NCBI GenBank assembly: GCA_038064015.1
Contig: JBBTUB010000023.1
Location: forward strand, 369 to 64,368
Source: Patescibacteria group bacterium
GTDB taxonomy: Bacteria > Patescibacteriota > Minisyncoccia > 2-02-FULL-40-12 > IGHO2-01-FULL-4-A
Length of the DNA: 64,000 nucleotides
Direction of reading: 5' to 3'
The notes under the pieces are model-generated. The model did not search any database and was not told the origin of the DNA. It saw only the letters and a program-made list of their open reading frames with translations. Shown in pieces: positions 60,015 through 64,000 of the stretch. The position numbers and the translations under genes are program-made. The stretch's first letter is position 1, and each line of letters opens with the position of its first letter.

Positions 60015-63000
60015 TCAGAATCTTCTTCTTAAGAGTTTTTCCCGAGTGATGACAGCTCTCCGCTTATCATCCGCACCAGCTACCTCGCTGGTAATCTCAA
60101 ATCCAAATTTTTTGAACAATCCCGGATTACTGCCAACAATCCACGAGGTCGCGGAAACTTCTTTGATGTCCGGATTAGCAGCCACAATTTCCTTTAATTT
60201 TTTGAATCCACCTTTTAGCAATTTTAGCTTCTCAAACATACCGAGATCTGAAGCAGGAGCCAAATGAATATGCATATCGCCCCTATTGATTCCATAGAAA
60301 AAGATTTTATTTACTGCGAAAAGGCCGAATAACTCACCGAATAATTCTCGTTGCATTGGAACGAATACTCCAGGATGTTTTTCGAGCGCAACCGCAATAG
60401 GCCGCAGAATGCTATTGACGCGGGAATTAAACTCGTCCTTTCCGCTTATGGTCTTACATGCTTCCAGTTGACGTGTTAACTCTCTTGAGGTTGTACCCAA
60501 TCCTAAATTACGCAATACACGATCGTTGAGTCCTTTACCCAATAATTTGTTTAAGGAATCAATTCTTTCCGGATTCGAAGAGAACTTATTCATGTAGTTC
60601 TGCAGCTGAGTTTCCATGACTCCTGGGTTCAGATTTATCTCTTCTTTTTTAGATCGATCTCGAATGTATTTTTCTGTCGGAAGCGGGGAACTTTGCCGAC
60701 GGTATCCAAGCTTCCATCTTTTTTCAGTCCTATATACTCGTATGAGATCTGTGATTCGCTGCATGCCTTCAGGTTTCAATTCCAATAAATCCCTCGTAAA
60801 AACATAGTCCTTATCTTTCTTTAGTCCCATAAAGGTCATCGTCCGCTTCATGACCTCCTGAGGGATCGTACTTCCTGAAGGATACAGGTTTTTTAGAAAG
60901 CCGTACAAAATCTCCATCTGTTTCTGGTATTTCTCGAGGAGTTCCGGTTTCGGATCCGCGAATTCGCTGATGCCCACGAGCAATTCATCCAATGATTTAT
61001 TTTTGAGGGCTTGATTCTCAAAATCCGAATATGGGTCAATGTCCCGTGCCACTCCATCGATGAAGCGTCGCGGACTAGAACTCGCACGCAAGCCAGATGG
61101 CTTTGCGGTAAGCGTATTGGGTATCACCACTCCAGGCTCAGGACGCGAAGCGCGCAAAATAGATATCTTTTGTCCGATATCCATATCCTCTCCAATAACT
61201 TTCCCTGCATCGTATCCGCCAATCTTTGCATATACCTCGGCAGTATAAGCGGTATTCCATCCGCCGCTAATGACACGATTCCACACAAAATTTGATTCGG
61301 GATTGATCTCTGGCCGATATCGCATATCCCGCAATAATATCTCCGCCATGTCCCATGCACGTCTGGCAAAAAACATAAGCGCGTTTTTTTGTAAAACCTC
61401 AGGTTGACGGTCTTGGAGACCTCTCAGAACATCAACTGATGGGTCCGCATCAAAATCAGCGATCAATTTTGATACCGTCCGCTTATCAACGCCAAACATA
61501 TCAGCATCTTCGGACTCGATATAGAGCGGACCATCAGCTCTTGTACGTGAGGTAGAGCGCAAAAGCACAGCATCAGTGACATATTTTCTTGCCAAGCCAA
61601 CCCTGGCTTTATCATCCTCAAATGCAATATCAATGACATTGACATGAATGTTGGGATGAGCCGCTTTCCATGCGTTAATGACTTCTACCGTGTCGTCGGG
61701 CGTTTCTGATTGCTTCCGATTGACAATAACGTTGACCTCATAGAGATCGGGATCCACTGCCGCACCACCTTTGCCAACCTGCTTTGAATATTGATCGAGT
61801 AGATTCCCGATACTCTTGGATTCAAAGCGGGCAGGAATATTGATGGCAAGCCGGCACTTCTCATGCATCGGAGCAAGTTTACTGACTATTTCCTGCAATT
61901 CAGTTTTGTATTCTGGTTTTTCTTTGTCCAAATAGCTTGATATAGCTGATCGCTCATCTTCTACGCTTCGAGTGATCTCTGATCCATCCGCATGCCGCAT
62001 CTCAACTTTGCCGTCGCGATCAGATGCTACATACGGTTCTGGCACGATTCCACGAGCCTCAAAATATTTATCGATCTCGCTAGGAGAACCGCCACCATAG
62101 TACAAAAATCCGGTAAGGTCCGGCTTACGTTTTTTTGTCGGCTCTAATGGTGTTCGGGGAATAAGTGGGATAGATACCGGAAGATCAACCTGAGACTCGG
62201 GAGGCGGCGGGTAAAATCCAACATCAACCTCGTCAATGATTTTTGTCTCCGGCACCATGCAAGGAATGCTCGTAATGCCTTCGCCTTCGTAGGTTGCGAG
62301 AATACGCACATGCTCAACGCCATTTCTCTCTCCCATCGACTGGGCGATTTCTGCAAATCGGCCATTATACACGGCCTGACCATTGGCATCTACGGAGAAA
62401 AGTCCCGCTTTCATTGCCTCAGCGCCATCTCCGGAATTTGGATCAATGATCACGTCGCCGTGCGTATCGACGGGAAATTCAAACACTTGATTTTGTGTCT
62501 CGCGGCTCAAAGAAAATAGTGCTTTGAGTGTTCCACCTTCATTAATGAGCTGCGGCGTATCCACCGATTCCGCACCGTGGAATGATCCTCCGGATGTCAT
62601 GCGAGAAACATTGAAAACAAACTTATGATCCGCGGTGAGTCCAGTGTGATTTTCCCCACCCCAAAGCAAACTGCGTTCGTTAAACTTCTCAAAAATGGGC
62701 GCCGGTGTGTCATCGTCGTACCAGAGACGACGTTTGATCGTATGCGTTCCCGCAGGGTTATCGTGCAGATACTCTTCGGGAGATTGGGGCTTTTGAACGT
62801 TCTCAGTAATAATATGCGGGGTATGAGTTGTGTTGACCAAAATTCCCGCATCGGCCAGCGCCTTATCAGTTTCCGGCGGAAGAGAACCGTCAGGATTGAG
62901 TTTGAAATGCGAAGCTATCGCATGACCTCCATCATTTTGAACAAGATTATACGTCCCGTCGGGATTTTGCGTAAATCCGTATCCTTCCGGCACACGGAAT

Positions 63001-63998
63001 TCCACCTGGTGGTTATTGAAATCGAGCGCTTCGTGCATGACGTTATGGACGCCATGCGTGGGTTCGCCATTCCACCATCCTCGCAATGATTTCGCAACCC
63101 ACCCGAGAGGAGTATAGTGCCGTGACCCGTCCGGCCATACTTGCTCGGGCCCCATGATATTCGAACGCACGTGTCCAACGATCGCCGCACCCTCATGAAA
63201 TACTTCCCCTGCAATAAGGCCCGTGATGACCCCGCGCAAAGCCGATCTCCAAGCTTTGCTGTTTTTCATTTTCCTAAATCCTTGGTTCTTTCGTTCCATG
63301 TCGCCATCCCCGGCAATCAGCAAAGCTCGCTCCTGAAATGTAGCATTTTGGATTTCATGGGGAGTACGACCTAAGTTCTGCAATTTTATTTTTGCTTTGG
63401 CAATCGCCTCATCAAGTAATCGCCGCTCTTTATCAACAACTTTCTTATCGGAATACGCAATGAGGTCAATGCTTCTTTGGTCTGAAAGCTGTACCCGAGC
63501 CTCCGCAATGCCGAGTGATCCAAGTATCCGATCAGCATCATCGCCTTCAAGGGCGGCAGAAATCGAGTTCGTAAGTTCAGCAGCGGATTCGGTATGATAT
63601 CGATACTCCTCCATTTCCTTACGAACGGGGGCATTATCAGCATCGAATGTCTTGCCTTGTGCCATTTCACGGGCATGCTGGCGACGTAAGTCTTCAAGAC
63701 GAAGCCGCTCACGCTCCGCCGCTATCGCCCCGGTTACCAGCGCCGATCCCCCAACGGTCAGTGCCATCGTTGCTTTGTTTCGAGCCAATGCCTGGGCTGA
63801 TTTTGTAATGAGTGAGTATGCGGTCGCCACCCCGAGCGCTACCGTACTTTCGTTGACGAGACCAAATGTTTTCTTGTGAATCCAATTGGAAATTTTATCT
63901 ACGGTATTATATTGCGCTTCGGTACGGACACCGCTTTTTGCCTTTCCGACAACGACGTCAAAGTCAAAATCGAGTTCGTCTATGCTCTTGCCTTGATC
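60015..63998 (-). CDS. 5'-truncated giant protein (>1300 aa): hydrophobic helices, coiled coils, beta-rich region and a GT-A/GT2-like glycosyltransferase domain
   Basis: Frame is open from the window edge. INIPARFE, VGLARKY, ESEDAD (DxD), IGGYD, GEDMDIG, SSPRR follow the GT2 motif order. Confidence 0.85.
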   Translation of the reverse strand, partial: DQGKSIDELDFDFDVVVGKAKSGVRTEAQYNTVDKISNWIHKKTFGLVNESTVALGVATAYSLITKSAQALARNKATMALTVGGSALVTGAIAAERERLRLEDLRRQHAREMAQGKTFDADNAPVRKEMEEYRYHTESAAELTNSISAALEGDDADRILGSLGIAEARVQLSDQRSIDLIAYSDKKVVDKERRLLDEAIAKAKIKLQNLGRTPHEIQNATFQERALLIAGDGDMERKNQGFRKMKNSKAWRSALRGVITGLIAGEVFHEGAAIVGHVRSNIMGPEQVWPDGSRHYTPLGWVAKSLRGWWNGEPTHGVHNVMHEALDFNNHQVEFRVPEGYGFTQNPDGTYNLVQNDGGHAIASHFKLNPDGSLPPETDKALADAGILVNTTHTPHIITENVQKPQSPEEYLHDNPAGTHTIKRRLWYDDDTPAPIFEKFNERSLLWGGENHTGLTADHKFVFNVSRMTSGGSFHGAESVDTPQLINEGGTLKALFSLSRETQNQVFEFPVDTHGDVIIDPNSGDGAEAMKAGLFSVDANGQAVYNGRFAEIAQSMGERNGVEHVRILATYEGEGITSIPCMVPETKIIDEVDVGFYPPPPESQVDLPVSIPLIPRTPLEPTKKRKPDLTGFLYYGGGSPSEIDKYFEARGIVPEPYVASDRDGKVEMRHADGSEITRSVEDERSAISSYLDKEKPEYKTELQEIVSKLAPMHEKCRLAINIPARFESKSIGNLLDQYSKQVGKGGAAVDPDLYEVNVIVNRKQSETPDDTVEVINAWKAAHPNIHVNVIDIAFEDDKARVGLARKYVTDAVLLRSTSRTRADGPLYIESEDADMFGVDKRTVSKLIADFDADPSVDVLRGLQDRQPEVLQKNALMFFARRAWDMAEILLRDMRYRPEINPESNFVWNRVISGGWNTAYTAEVYAKIGGYDAGKVIGEDMDIGQKISILRASRPEPGVVIPNTLTAKPSGLRASSSPRRFIDGVARDIDPYSDFENQALKNKSLDELLVGISEFADPKPELLEKYQKQMEILYGFLKNLYPSGSTIPQEVMKRTMTFMGLKKDKDYVFTRDLLELKPEGMQRITDLIRVYRTEKRWKLGYRRQSSPLPTEKYIRDRSKKEEINLNPGVMETQLQNYMNKFSSNPERIDSLNKLLGKGLNDRVLRNLGLGTTSRELTRQLEACKTISGKDEFNSRVNSILRPIAVALEKHPGVFVPMQRELFGELFGLFAVNKIFFYGINRGDMHIHLAPASDLGMFEKLKLLKGGFKKLKEIVAANPDIKEVSATSWIVGSNPGLFKKFGFEITSEVAGADDKRRAVITREKLLRRRF

Positions 63999-64000
63999 AA

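Overview
Bacterial chromosomal window, genetic code 11 (TGA = stop), mostly encoded on the minus strand. The compact housekeeping proteins (short ProRS, AspRS without a GAD insert, half-size MFS, Memo-CapA fusion) suggest a Patescibacteria/CPR, Parcubacteria-like genome; this placement is inference. Contents: tRNA synthetases (serS, lysS, proS, aspS); the mreBCD-mrdA cluster plus murG, ftsW, mraY, dacA and a FemABX-family gene; greA, frr, holB, rseP, rpsT, ruvA and uvrB; a frameshifted lon behind a CIRCE operator; an AbiEii/DUF6922 toxin-antitoxin pair; a ~20 kb de novo purine cluster (purL Q F N D E C M, guaB, purA, guaA, purB); and the 3' part of a >1300 aa glycosyltransferase-bearing protein. 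Best candidate for an undescribed system (nt 1-2262): a GAF + ribbon-helix-helix regulator, a perfect 20-bp palindrome, and an ABC1/UbiB kinase flanked by two homologous ~50 aa two-helix membrane microproteins missing from the ORF track. Other notable signals: a LysRS-DUF2000 fusion; an (ATG)7 tract forming a promoter spacer inside the pur operon; 7-bp and 9-bp tandem repeats inside conserved genes; a stand-alone HxxxCxxC zinc-finger peptide; a possible remote DGR target; and a recurrent leaderless-mRNA signature. No rRNA, tRNA, CRISPR array or transposase was seen. All family assignments come from motif recognition by eye, not database searches.
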